From Planctomycetota bacterium (GTDB taxonomy: Bacteria; Planctomycetota; UBA1135; UBA2386): a stretch of DNA of 64,000 nucleotides. Under the pieces are notes generated by a model. The model made no database searches, was not told the DNA's origin, and saw nothing but the letters and a program-made list of their open reading frames with translations. Of the stretch, positions 30,405-40,500 are shown piece by piece. The stretch is from the NCBI GenBank assembly GCA_046290465.1, contig JBKAGP010000001.1, positions 1,632,001-1,696,000 on the forward strand. Direction: 5' to 3'. A program made the translations under genes and the position numbers. How positions within the stretch are numbered: the first letter of the stretch is position 1; each line of letters begins with the position of its first letter.

Positions 30405-31132
30405 GGGCGGTATTCCTTCAGCTTGTGCTGCAGCAGCAGCCGGCCGCGGTGGATGCGCGAGCGAACGGTACCGGGCGGCAGGTTCAGCGCCTCGGCGATC
30501 TCCTCGTACGACAGCGACTCCATGTCGCGCAGCACCACCGCCTCGCGGAACTCGTCGGGCAGCTCCTGCACGCACTGGCGCACCTTCTTCAGGAACTCGC
30601 TGCGGTGCACCTTGTCGGCGGGATCGCGCTCGTTGGCCTCGGGCGTGATGTAGAGGTCGTCGGTGCCGTGCATCGGCGCGTCGATCGACAGGGTGCGCTT
30701 GTCGCGCTTCAGCGCGCGGCGTCGCCGGTATTCGCTGATGGCGACGTTCATCGAGATGGTGTGCAGCCAGGCGGCGAAGCGGACCTGGCCGTCGAACCCG
30801 GGCAGGCCCTTGTGCACGCGCAGAAAGACCTCCTGGCTGAGGTCCTCTGCCATCGCTCGGTCGCACTTCAGGACGGACACCATCACACGCATCACCCGGT
30901 TCTGGAACATCTCGACGAGCGTCCGGAACGCGTGCGGGTCACCCTGCTGCGCCTGCAGCATCGGCTCCCGCGCGGGGTCCCGTTCGTCGTCGTCACCGCC
31001 GGTTCGGGCTCCACGCAGCTGGATCGGCTGCGGCGAGGCCTTGGTCGGCGAACCGAGCGCCAGACGCGGCGGCCCCTCGTCGGTTCCTTCCTGCAGCGGC
31101 TTTTTCTCGGCGGTCACGAGACTCCGAACCAT
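30401..31132 (-). CDS. ECF RNA polymerase sigma factor
   Basis: AEDLSQEVFLRV, FAAWLHTI, LP..FREAVVLRD..LSYEEIA..GTVRSRIHRGR; start uncertain. Confidence 0.93.
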   Translation of the reverse strand: MVRSLVTAEKKPLQEGTDEGPPRLALGSPTKASPQPIQLRGARTGGDDDERDPAREPMLQAQQGDPHAFRTLVEMFQNRVMRVMVSVLKCDRAMAEDLSQEVFLRVHKGLPGFDGQVRFAAWLHTISMNVAISEYRRRRALKRDKRTLSIDAPMHGTDDLYITPEANERDPADKVHRSEFLKKVRQCVQELPDEFREAVVLRDMESLSYEEIAEALNLPPGTVRSRIHRGRLLLQHKLKEYRP

Positions 31133-31279
31133 ATCGACCGGGCCGGCCTGCGGCGACCGCCCTCCGCAGGTCCACGACGGACGCCGGGGAGAACTCCCAC
31201 CGTCGGCGCGGACGTTGCCTGGACCGCGCCGCGTCGCGAGAATCGCGGCATCCCCCCCCGCGCCCGGAGCCCGAACCCC

Positions 31280-31576
31280 ATGGCCAGAACCGTCTTCACC
31301 TTCCCCTGCCCGTGTTGCGACAAGATGGTCGAGGTCGATACCCGGACCGGCAAGGCCCGCGCCGTGCGCGCCGAGGAGCAGCAGGGCGGCAAGAACCTCG
31401 ACGACCTGTTCGACGCGCACAAGCACGAGTCCGAGCGCCTCGACGACCTGTTCTCGTCGGCCAGGAACAGCGAGAGCCGGCAGGACGACGAACTGGCGAA
31501 GAAGCTGAAGCGCGCGCGCGACGAGGCCCGCAAGAACCCGGACGAGAAGCCGCGCAACCCGTTCGACCTCGACTGA
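31280..31576 (+). CDS. Small hypothetical protein with CPCC motif
   Basis: MARTVFTFPCPCCDKMVEVD..PRNPFDLD, 98 aa; upstream TTGCCT-N17-GAGAAT. Confidence 0.8.
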   Translation: MARTVFTFPCPCCDKMVEVDTRTGKARAVRAEEQQGGKNLDDLFDAHKHESERLDDLFSSARNSESRQDDELAKKLKRARDEARKNPDEKPRNPFDLD

Positions 31577-31606
31577 CGGACGCGGCGAGGCCCGCCTCGG
31601 ATCGGA

Positions 31607-33520
31607 TCAGCCGAAGCCGAGCAGGCTGCCGATCTGGTAGATCGCGACCGCGGCGAGCCAGGCCAGCACGGTCATGTAGACGAACACGAACACCGGCCAC
31701 CGCCACGAGTGCGTCTCGCGCCGGATCGCCGCCAGGGTCGCCGCACACTGGCTGCACAGCGCGAAGAACACCATCACCGCCAGCGCGATCAGGCCGTTCA
31801 TCGACGGCTTGCCGTCGGGCCCCTCGGCGCTGCGCAGCGCCTCCTGCAGCGACGGGTCCGGCGCGTCCGGGTCGGCGTCGACCTCGCCGAGGCTGTAGAG
31901 CGTGCCGAGCGTCGGGATCACCAGCTCGCGCGCCGGAAACGCCGCCAGCACGCCGACGGTCATGCGCCAGTCGAAGCCGGCGGGCTCGAACACCGGCTGC
32001 ACCGCCCGGCCCATCGACGCCAGGTAGCTGTTCTCGAGGTGCGCTGCGGCCTCGCGCGCGTCGACCTCTGCCAGCCGCTCGGCGACGCCTTCGCCGCCCT
32101 GCGCCTCGATCGTCTGCCGTTCCTGCGTGAACTTCTGCTCGAGCTCCTCGGAGCGCGGGAAGTAGGCGAGTGCCCAGACGATGATCGTCGCGACGAAGAT
32201 CACCGTGCCGGCGGTCTTCAAAAAGCCCTTGACCGCGAACCAGGTGTGCATGCCGACGAGCTTGAGCCGCGGCCGCTGGTAGACCGGCAGCTCCATCGCG
32301 AGCATCGACTCGCCGCCCTTGAGCGCCGTGCGGCGCAACACCAGCGCCACCAGGATCGCGGTGACGATGCCGACCGCATAGAGCGCGAACAGCATCAGGC
32401 CGGCCTGCATCGACGGGAAGAACGCGGCCAGCAGCACCACGTAGACCGGCAGCCGCGCCGAACACGACATCAGCGGCGCGACCGCGATGGTCGCCAGGCG
32501 GTCGCGTTCGTCGCCGAGGATGCGGCTGGCGGCGATGCCCGGGATCGCGCACGCAAAGCTGCTCGCCAGCGGGATGAAGCTCTTGCCGGACAGGCCGAAG
32601 CCGCGCAGCAGACGGTCGAGCAGGAACACCGCGCGGGCCATGTAGCCGGTCGCCTCGATGATCGTCACGAACGCGATCAACAGCGCGATCTGCGGCACGA
32701 AGATCAGCGAGCTGCCGACGCCGTTGATGATGCCGTCGACCAGGAAGCTGCGCACCACGCCCTCGGACGTGATCGCCTCGGCACCCGATGTCACCCAGTC
32801 CTGCGCCGCCTCGATCCAGCCCATGAACGGATCGGCGACCGTGAACACCAGCTGGAACATCACCAGCACCACGCCGACCAGCACCACCGGCCCGAACAGC
32901 GGGTGCAGCAGCAGCCGGTCGAGGCGGTCCGTGCGCGAACGCGCGATCGTGCGCCGCAGCTCGGTGCCGTGCTGCACCGGTTCGCCGGCCGACGCCGACG
33001 ACACCAGCGGCGCGGTCGCGAGCCGTTCGCGCAGCACGTCGCAGCCCTTGCCGCTGGCGCCGTCGACGACCAGCAGCGGCAGGCCGATCGCACGCTCGAG
33101 CTGGTCGGCGTCGATCGGGAAGCCCTCGGCGAGTGCGACATCGACCTTGGTGACGGCGACGACGATCGGCAGGCCCAGCGTGCGCAGCTGCTGCAGCAGC
33201 TGCAGTTCGATCGCGAGCTTGGCCGCGTCGAGCACGAAGCAGATCAGGTCGGGCCGCCGGGTCGGATCCCGCAGCTGGTCGATCGCGACCTGCTCGTCCC
33301 GGCTGTGCGGCTCCAGCGACGACACGCCGGGCAGGTCGACGACCTGCAGCTCGACCTCCCCTACCGTGGTCGACGACTCGATCGACTCGACCGACGTGCC
33401 GGGGAAGTTGACGGGCCGCTGCAGGCTGCCCGTCAGGTGCATCAGCAGCGAGGTCTTGCCGGAGTTGGCGCGGCCGAACAGGACGACGCGGCGGGCGCCG
33501 ACGCTCGCGGCGGCGCTCAC
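31607..33520 (-). CDS. feoB: Ferrous iron transporter B (compact form)
   Basis: GRANSGKT, NFPGT, DLPG, MSCSARLPVY, CSQCAAT. Confidence 0.93.
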   Translation of the reverse strand: MSAAASVGARRVVLFGRANSGKTSLLMHLTGSLQRPVNFPGTSVESIESSTTVGEVELQVVDLPGVSSLEPHSRDEQVAIDQLRDPTRRPDLICFVLDAAKLAIELQLLQQLRTLGLPIVVAVTKVDVALAEGFPIDADQLERAIGLPLLVVDGASGKGCDVLRERLATAPLVSSASAGEPVQHGTELRRTIARSRTDRLDRLLLHPLFGPVVLVGVVLVMFQLVFTVADPFMGWIEAAQDWVTSGAEAITSEGVVRSFLVDGIINGVGSSLIFVPQIALLIAFVTIIEATGYMARAVFLLDRLLRGFGLSGKSFIPLASSFACAIPGIAASRILGDERDRLATIAVAPLMSCSARLPVYVVLLAAFFPSMQAGLMLFALYAVGIVTAILVALVLRRTALKGGESMLAMELPVYQRPRLKLVGMHTWFAVKGFLKTAGTVIFVATIIVWALAYFPRSEELEQKFTQERQTIEAQGGEGVAERLAEVDAREAAAHLENSYLASMGRAVQPVFEPAGFDWRMTVGVLAAFPARELVIPTLGTLYSLGEVDADPDAPDPSLQEALRSAEGPDGKPSMNGLIALAVMVFFALCSQCAATLAAIRRETHSWRWPVFVFVYMTVLAWLAAVAIYQIGSLLGFG

Positions 33521-33807
33521 TCAGCCGTCTCCGCGCACGGCGTCACCCGCACGCGCGCCGCCTCGGAGCGACGCAGCGCGAGGCGGTAGCCCTGCACGCG
33601 GAACAGCAACGGGTCTCCCAACGGCGCGGTCGTGATCCGCTCGATCACCACGCCCGGCCAGATCCCGGCCGCGGCCAGCCGCGCGCTGAGCGCGTCGTCG
33701 CCGTCGATTCCGAGCACCCGGACCGGCTTCGTGGCGACGCCATCCAGGCTCTGCACGGCGGACGGCGACGCGGTCGCGAGATGGCAATCGACGGAGCTGG
33801 CGGTCAC
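33517..33807 (-). CDS. feoA: Ferrous iron transport protein A
   Basis: RLAAAGIWPG..APLGDPL..LALRRSEA; overlaps the feoB start. Confidence 0.88.
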   Translation of the reverse strand: MTASSVDCHLATASPSAVQSLDGVATKPVRVLGIDGDDALSARLAAAGIWPGVVIERITTAPLGDPLLFRVQGYRLALRRSEAARVRVTPCAETAE

Positions 33808-33850
33808 TGGCGAACGGCTGGGAGGACGGAACGGCGGATCGAAGGGTCAG

Positions 33851-33903
33851 TTGAGACAGAGTCTCAAGTGCAGCATTGTCGATCGAGCCGACGAGGAATG
33901 CAA
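33851..33903 (-). promoter_or_regulatory. feoAB promoter with Fur-box-like palindrome
   Basis: TTGAGAC-AGA-GTCTCAA (33851-33867) immediately downstream of minus-strand TTGCAT-N17-GACAAT. Confidence 0.7.
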
Positions 33904-33967
33904 GTGGGCTGTCCGGCGATCGGCGAGACCGTTGCCATGGGCCGCCAGATCCCGACACTCGCCCGCC

Positions 33968-36055
33968 ATGCAGCCGACCGCACACACCACCACCGTCAAG
34001 ATCGCTGGCACCGAGGTCTCGTTCGAGACCGGCCGGATCGCCCGCCAGGCTTCGGGCGCGGTGCTGGCCCGCTGCGGCGACAACGTCGTGCTCGCGACGG
34101 TCACCGCGGCCTCCCAACCCAAGCCCGGACAGGACTTCTTCCCCCTGACGGTCGAGTACCGCGAGAAGTTCGCCGGCGCCGGCAAGATCCCCGGCGCGTT
34201 CGGCAAGCGCGAGGGCCGCATCACCGACCACGAGGTGCTGGTCTGCCGGCTGATCGACCGCAGCGTGCGTTCGCTGTTCCCCGAGCACTACAAGAACGAC
34301 GTGCAGCTGCAGGTGCAGGTGCTCAGCTGCGAGCCGACCAGCGACCTCGAGAGCCTGGCGATCCTCGCCGCCTGCTGCGCGCTGCACATCAGCCCGGTGC
34401 CGTGCAACGGCCCGATCGCCGGCCTGCGCGTCTGGCGCCTCGACGACACCTGGCAGGCGTTCGTCGGCCGCGACAAGGCGCAGGAGGCCGACCTCGAGTT
34501 CTCGGTCGCGGTCGGCCCCGAGGGGCTGGTGATGCTCGAGGGCGAGGCCAAGGAGGCCAGCGAAGCGGACGCGGTCGCGGCGATCGCGCAGGCGACCGAG
34601 TGGATCGAACGCTGCCACAAGGCGTTCGACGAGCTGGCCGCCAAGACCGGCCGGGTCAAGCAGCCCGCGCCCGACGCGCCCGAGCTGCCCGACCTGCCGG
34701 CCGACACCGACGCGGCTTTGAAGCAGGCGCTGCAGATCCAGAGCAAGCCCGAACGCCGCGCCGCGATCGCCGCGGCCGAGGCGGCGTGGCTCGACACGCT
34801 CGACGACGACGGCAAGGCGATGGCGAAGCAGGCCTACGGCGACGCGGTCTGGGAGCAGATGCGCGAGAACGTGCTGGCCACCGGCAAGCGCCTCGATGGC
34901 CGCGGCAAGACCGACATCCGCACGATCTGGAGCGAGGTCGGGCTGTTGCCGCGCGCACACGGCTCGGCGCTGTTCACGCGCGGTGAGACGCAGGCGATCG
35001 TGACCTGCACGCTCGGCAGCCCGGACGACGCGCTGCGCATGGGCAACCTCGCCGACGACAACGACCGCAAGCCGTTCTTCCTGCACTACAACTTCCCGCC
35101 ATACTCGGTCGGTGAGATCCGGCCGCTGCGCGGTCCGGGCCGCCGCGAGATCGGCCACGGCTCGCTGGCGCGCCGCGGCCTGCAGCCGCTGATCCCCGAC
35201 CAGTCGAAGTTCCCGTTCACGATCCGGATCGAGTCGGAGATCACCGAGTCGAACGGCAGTTCGTCGATGGCGACAGTGTGCGGCGGCTCGATGGCGATGA
35301 TGCACGCCGGCGTGCCGATCGAACGGCCGCTGGCCGGCATCGCGATGGGCCTGATCTCCGACGGCACGCGGCACGCGGTGCTCAGCGACATCATCGGCGA
35401 CGAGGACCACCTCGGCGACATGGACTTCAAGGTGGTCGGCACCAGGGACGGCATCACCGCGATCCAGCTCGACAACAAGCTCGGCGGCCTGCCCGACGAA
35501 GTGCTCGGGCAGGCGCTGTCGCAGGCGCGCGAGGGCCGCCTGCACATCCTGGACGAGATGGCCCGCACCATCGCCGAGCCCGGCGAACCGTCGCGGCACG
35601 TGCCGCAGGCGTTCCATCTGGCAATCATGCCGGACGCGGTCGGCGCGCTGATCGGGCCGCGCGGCGCCAACATCAAGGGCATCACCGAAGCCACCGGTGC
35701 GCGCGTCAGCGTCGACGACCACGGCGGCGTGCTGATCTACGCGACCGACGCGACCAGCGCGACCCGCGCCAAGGCGATGGTGCAGCGTTCGGCCGGCATC
35801 CTGCACGTCGGCAAGTGCTACCGCGGCACCGTCACCGGCGTGAAGGACTTCGGCGCGTTCGTGCGCATCAACGCGGTCAACGAAGGCCTGGTGCCGATCG
35901 AAGAACTCGACAAGGACCGCGTGCAGCGCGCCACCGACATCGCCAAGGAAGGCGACGAGATGATCGTCACGGTGCTCGGCGCCGACGATCGCGGCCGCCT
36001 GCGGCTGTCGCGGCGCCAGGCGCTCGGGGTCACCGACGCGCAGATCGAGTTCTGA
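33968..36055 (+). CDS. pnp: Polyribonucleotide nucleotidyltransferase (PNPase), divergent
   Basis: DFFPLTVEY, HGSALFTRGETQ, ESNGSSSMA, GDEDHLGDMDFKV, KH and S1 domains. Confidence 0.95.
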   Translation: MQPTAHTTTVKIAGTEVSFETGRIARQASGAVLARCGDNVVLATVTAASQPKPGQDFFPLTVEYREKFAGAGKIPGAFGKREGRITDHEVLVCRLIDRSVRSLFPEHYKNDVQLQVQVLSCEPTSDLESLAILAACCALHISPVPCNGPIAGLRVWRLDDTWQAFVGRDKAQEADLEFSVAVGPEGLVMLEGEAKEASEADAVAAIAQATEWIERCHKAFDELAAKTGRVKQPAPDAPELPDLPADTDAALKQALQIQSKPERRAAIAAAEAAWLDTLDDDGKAMAKQAYGDAVWEQMRENVLATGKRLDGRGKTDIRTIWSEVGLLPRAHGSALFTRGETQAIVTCTLGSPDDALRMGNLADDNDRKPFFLHYNFPPYSVGEIRPLRGPGRREIGHGSLARRGLQPLIPDQSKFPFTIRIESEITESNGSSSMATVCGGSMAMMHAGVPIERPLAGIAMGLISDGTRHAVLSDIIGDEDHLGDMDFKVVGTRDGITAIQLDNKLGGLPDEVLGQALSQAREGRLHILDEMARTIAEPGEPSRHVPQAFHLAIMPDAVGALIGPRGANIKGITEATGARVSVDDHGGVLIYATDATSATRAKAMVQRSAGILHVGKCYRGTVTGVKDFGAFVRINAVNEGLVPIEELDKDRVQRATDIAKEGDEMIVTVLGADDRGRLRLSRRQALGVTDAQIEF

Positions 36056-36135
36056 GCAGGCACGGGATCCGGGCTGCGCCAGCGTCGGCGCGGATCCGGA
36101 CTTGTGCCGATTCCCCTCCGTCCTACCTCCCGCAC

Positions 36136-36699
36136 ATGCCGCCCCTCGCCCGTCGTCTCGGCATCGCCGCTCTGTTGCTGCCTGCGCTGCTGCTCGGCTC
36201 CTGCATCAAGGAACGCCGCTACCGCGTCATGGAGGACCTCGACACCGGCACCAGCCTCGCGCCGGAGACCGGCGTCGAGATCGTCGGCGACGTCGGCGGC
36301 GAAGCGCACTTCGAGCAGTACCTGACGCTGTTCGCGCGGAGCAACCTGCAGGGCGTGCAGGGCACGCTGCTGTCGAGCGCCGACGAACCGCTGCTCGAAG
36401 AACGGCTGTTGATCCCGCTGCTCGATCCGGTGCTGGCGCGGCTGTCCGCCATCGCCAATGGCACCACGCGTATCGGCACGGCCCAACGCGTCGCGATGGG
36501 CCGCGCGATCGCAGCCGCCGAAGAACTCGGCGCCGACACGCTGCTGGCGCCGCGCGTCGAGATCGTCACCCAGAGCCTGACGTTCCTCGTGCCGCTCGGC
36601 TGGCTCTACAGCCGCGGGGTGGTCGAGGTGCGCGCCAAGGCGGTGCGGCTCGGATCCCGACCGGGAGAGACCCAGGCCGGCGACGATGACGACCGCTGA
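36136..36699 (+). CDS. Hypothetical lipoprotein
   Basis: Lipobox LLLGSC. Confidence 0.7.
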   Translation: MPPLARRLGIAALLLPALLLGSCIKERRYRVMEDLDTGTSLAPETGVEIVGDVGGEAHFEQYLTLFARSNLQGVQGTLLSSADEPLLEERLLIPLLDPVLARLSAIANGTTRIGTAQRVAMGRAIAAAEELGADTLLAPRVEIVTQSLTFLVPLGWLYSRGVVEVRAKAVRLGSRPGETQAGDDDDR

Positions 36700-37501
36700 G
36701 GCCGACCCCCGACGGCTGCCGGCGATGCGGGCGCTGCTGGCGATCGCAGCGGCGGCGACGCTCGCAGCGTGCAGCGTGGTGCGCGGCCCCGCGATCCCGG
36801 TCTGGCACCGACTGCACGAGGCTCCGGCCGGGCCGGCGAGCGGCCTGGTCGTGATGTTGCCCGGCATCGGGGACACCGGCGAGGACTTCGTGCGCAACGA
36901 CATGGTCGCACGCATCCACGCGGTCGCCCCCCACCTCGACGTCGCCACCGTCGACGCCAACCTCGGCTACCACGTTCGCGGCATCCTGGCCGAACGCGTG
37001 CACCAGGACGTGATCCAGCCGCGGCGCGATCGCTACCGCGAGATCTGGATCGTCGGCATCTCGCTCGGAGGCCTCGGCGCCACGACCTACGCGGCGAGCT
37101 ACCCGCACGTCGTCGACGGCGTGCTGCTGCTGGCGCCGTTCCTCGGCGAAGACGACGTCGTCGACGAAGTCGCGCGGGCCGGCGGCGTGCGCTCGTGGTC
37201 GGCGCCCGAGCTCGATCGCTTCGCCAACCCGATGCGGCGCCTCACGCACCGGGCGTGGAGCTGGGCGCGCGAGGTGGCCGAAGGCACCGGCGACCAGCCG
37301 GTCGTGCTGCTGGGCTACGGCCGGCACGACCGCTACGCCCGCGCCCACGGCATGCTCGCCGAGGCGCTGCCCGCGGGCAGCGTCGCGACCGTGGACGGCG
37401 CGCACGACTGGCAGGCCTGGCGCGACCTGTTCGACGTGCTCCTGCCACTGGCGTTCGGCGAGGCGCCGTCCGATCGCGGCCGCGAGCGCTTCGCGCCGTA
37501 G
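36686..37501 (+). CDS. Alpha/beta hydrolase lipoprotein
   Basis: LAACS lipobox, GISLGG nucleophile elbow, GAHDW. Confidence 0.85.
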   Translation: MTTAEADPRRLPAMRALLAIAAAATLAACSVVRGPAIPVWHRLHEAPAGPASGLVVMLPGIGDTGEDFVRNDMVARIHAVAPHLDVATVDANLGYHVRGILAERVHQDVIQPRRDRYREIWIVGISLGGLGATTYAASYPHVVDGVLLLAPFLGEDDVVDEVARAGGVRSWSAPELDRFANPMRRLTHRAWSWAREVAEGTGDQPVVLLGYGRHDRYARAHGMLAEALPAGSVATVDGAHDWQAWRDLFDVLLPLAFGEAPSDRGRERFAP

Positions 37502-37560
37502 ACGGCGGGCTGCACCACGCTCTGGCACCTCGGGCCCTGGTCATATCAGGCCTTGGCACC

Positions 37561-40500
37561 TCAGCGTTCGGCGACGACGCGCACGGCCGAGGCGTGCTCG
37601 CCCGGCGCGACGACCACATCTTCCAGCCGGATGCGCTGCGCGTGCAGCGCCGGTTGGCCGTGGCGCCGCTGGTACTCGAGTCGCGCGCCCCGCTCGGCAA
37701 GCTGCGACGGCCAGACGAAGATCGGCCAGGTGCCGGCGACGAACGGGTCGAGGCGCAGCCGGCCGTCGGCGTCGGTGCGCCCGAACGTCTGCCACGCGGC
37801 TCTACCGAACAGCACGTCCCGATCGGCCAGCGCTTCGCCGCCGGGGCCGCGCAGCTGCAGCTCCAGCGACGCCGTCTGCAGCTGCAGGTCGACGGTTCGC
37901 CGTCCGGGTCCCGCGATCCGGACCACGGTCTGCAGCTGCTGCCCCGCGCCCGCAGCCGGCTGCGTCGAGATCACCAGCAGCAGATCGCCGGGCAACGTCG
38001 TCAACTCGAACCGCCCCTGGTCGTCGGCCGTGCCCATCGACTGGCTGGTCACCAGCCGGCCGACCGCGTCGCGGTCGTGCGTGCCCATCGCGTTGACGAA
38101 CGCGTGTGGAGCCAGCGCGCCGTCGACGTGCACCTGCAGTTCGATCGTCGCCGGATCCATCGCGGAAACGTCGAACGCCCGTTCGATCGTCGCCCCCTCG
38201 TCGACCACGAGTTCGGCGAGCACCCGATCCGCGAAGCCGTCGAAGTGGAGCTGCCAGGTCCCCGGCTCGAGCGCGAACTCGAAGGCGCCCCGTTCGTCGA
38301 AGCGCAGCGGTGGCCGCGTCACCGGCGGATGTTCGATGCTGCCACGCGTGAGGCGCAGGCCGAGGTCGCGCGAGCCCCGACGCGCCGCACGCGCGTCGAT
38401 CATCGCGCGCAGCCGCTGCACGACGTCGATCGGCACCAGCCGTCCACGCACGAGGCCACCGGGCGACACGTCGACGACCAGGTCCCCGTCCCCGCGCAGG
38501 TCGATCGGTCGCGCCTGGTCCGGAACCCCATCGCCCGCGACCACCAGCGCCAGCGGCCCTGGTGGACCTTCGAGCCACAGCGCGCCCTGTTCGTCCGACA
38601 CGCCGCGCTGCACCAGGCGCGCGTCCTCCCGGCCCGAGGCCCGCCGCGCGCGCATCGGCCACCGCTCGCCGCCGGGCGTGACGGTGAGCCCGCCACGGTC
38701 GGCCAGGTCGCAACGCGCCCCGGCCAACGGCCGGCCGCCGACCTGCAAGAGCACGCGCCGGCGCGCGGCCGGCACGACGCGGACGACCTGCTCGACGTCC
38801 GCCCCCTCGACCGCCGCCACCGGCAGCACCGAGGACCAGCGCACCGGCTCGCCGGGCACCTCGACGCAGACGAGGCGATCCTGCTGCCGCAGGCGCAGCG
38901 TGACCACGCCGTTCTCGTGGCGGGCCGTGTCGATCCTGGGGCCGAACGGCCAGCCGACCTCCGGGCACAGCCAGACCGCGAACCGCTCGATCGGTGCCCC
39001 CCGTTGGTCGACGACGCGCAGCGTCAGGCCGGGCTCGCGCACCATCGTCAGCCGGACCGGGCTGGCCGGATCGCCGTCCCAATCGGCCTGGGCGCGCCGC
39101 CAGCCGTCGAGGTCGGCGACCACGACGTAGCGACCGTCGGTCTGTTCGGCGAGACCTCGCACCTCGAAGCGGCCGTCGGCGCTGGTGCGCGCGTTCGCGC
39201 CGCCGAGCGAGACCGTGGCGCCGGCGACCGGCGCGCCGACGGGATCGACGACGATGCCGCGGCACACGGGCGAAAGTGGCGCAACGACGACCTCGAGCGT
39301 GCAGACCTGCTGCCCGGGTTCGATCTGCCACGAGCCGCGCGGACGCACGACCGCACGCGTGCCGTTGTCGAGCCCGAAGCGTCCGGGCGCCAGCGCCTCG
39401 CCGCCGTCGATCGTGAACGCGCCGGCCTCGTCGGCGCGGATCCGATGCGAGTAGATGCGGGAATGCGGCTCGAGCTTGCGCAGCTGGTTGCGGTTGTAGG
39501 GCTGCAGCGTCACCTCGGCGCCCGGCTGCGCGACCCCCTGCGCATCGACGATGCGACCGTGCACGATGCAGGGTACCGGCAGCAGCTGGTCGCCGAGGTC
39601 GATCCGCTCGCCCTCGACCTCGTGCCAGTCGCCTTCGACCGGCAGCCGTCCGTCGACCTGCAGCGTGACCTCGAAGCGATGGCCTTCGCGCGGGCTCGCG
39701 GCGAGTTCGAAGCGGCCGTCCGGTCCGGTCCGGACCTCGGCCTGTTCGGCCACCTTGCCACCGTCCCAATGGCGCGTGCGCAGGCGCGCCTGCACGCCCT
39801 CCAGTGGCCGCTGCTGTTCGTCGACCGCGCGACCCGAGAACGTCACGGCGGGCACCGCCTCGACCTCGGTGGGCTTCGCGGCCACCGGGACCGATTCGCG
39901 CACCAGATCGCGGTCCGGGTCGGGTTCGGCGGTCGCGACCTGAGCCGAGCCCGGCACGCCGGTGACGGCGCCTTGCGGCGCCGGCGCACGGCCGTCGTGC
40001 CAGAGCCAGACCGAGAAGGCGATCGCAGCGGCGGCGCCGCACAGGAACTTCCAGCTCATCATCATCATCCAGGTGAGGGTCAGCAGGCCGGCGGCGGCGG
40101 TCGCCGGCGCCACCGAGCCGAGGCCGAACGCGGCGACGAACGCGCCGCGCCAGTGCTCGCGCGGCGCGCGCTCGTCGAGGCTGCGGCGCAGCTGTTCGAG
40201 CCCGCGACGCAACCGGCTCTTGACGGTGGCGAGCGGCTCACCGCGCTGCGTGGCGATCTGTTGCGGCGTCTGCCCTTCGAAGTAGCGCAGCAGCAGCACC
40301 TCGCGGTACGGGTCGGCCAGCGAGCGCAGCGACGCGTGCAGACGATCGATCGCCTCGAGCCGCGCCGCCGCCGTCAGCGCCGACGGCGCCTCGTCGGGAC
40401 GGCCCGCGCCCGACGCGCGTTCCCGCCGGCGGCGCCGCGCATCCGCGGTCCGTCGCGTGCTCGCCAGGTTGCGCATGATCGTCGCCAACCAGCCGCCGAC

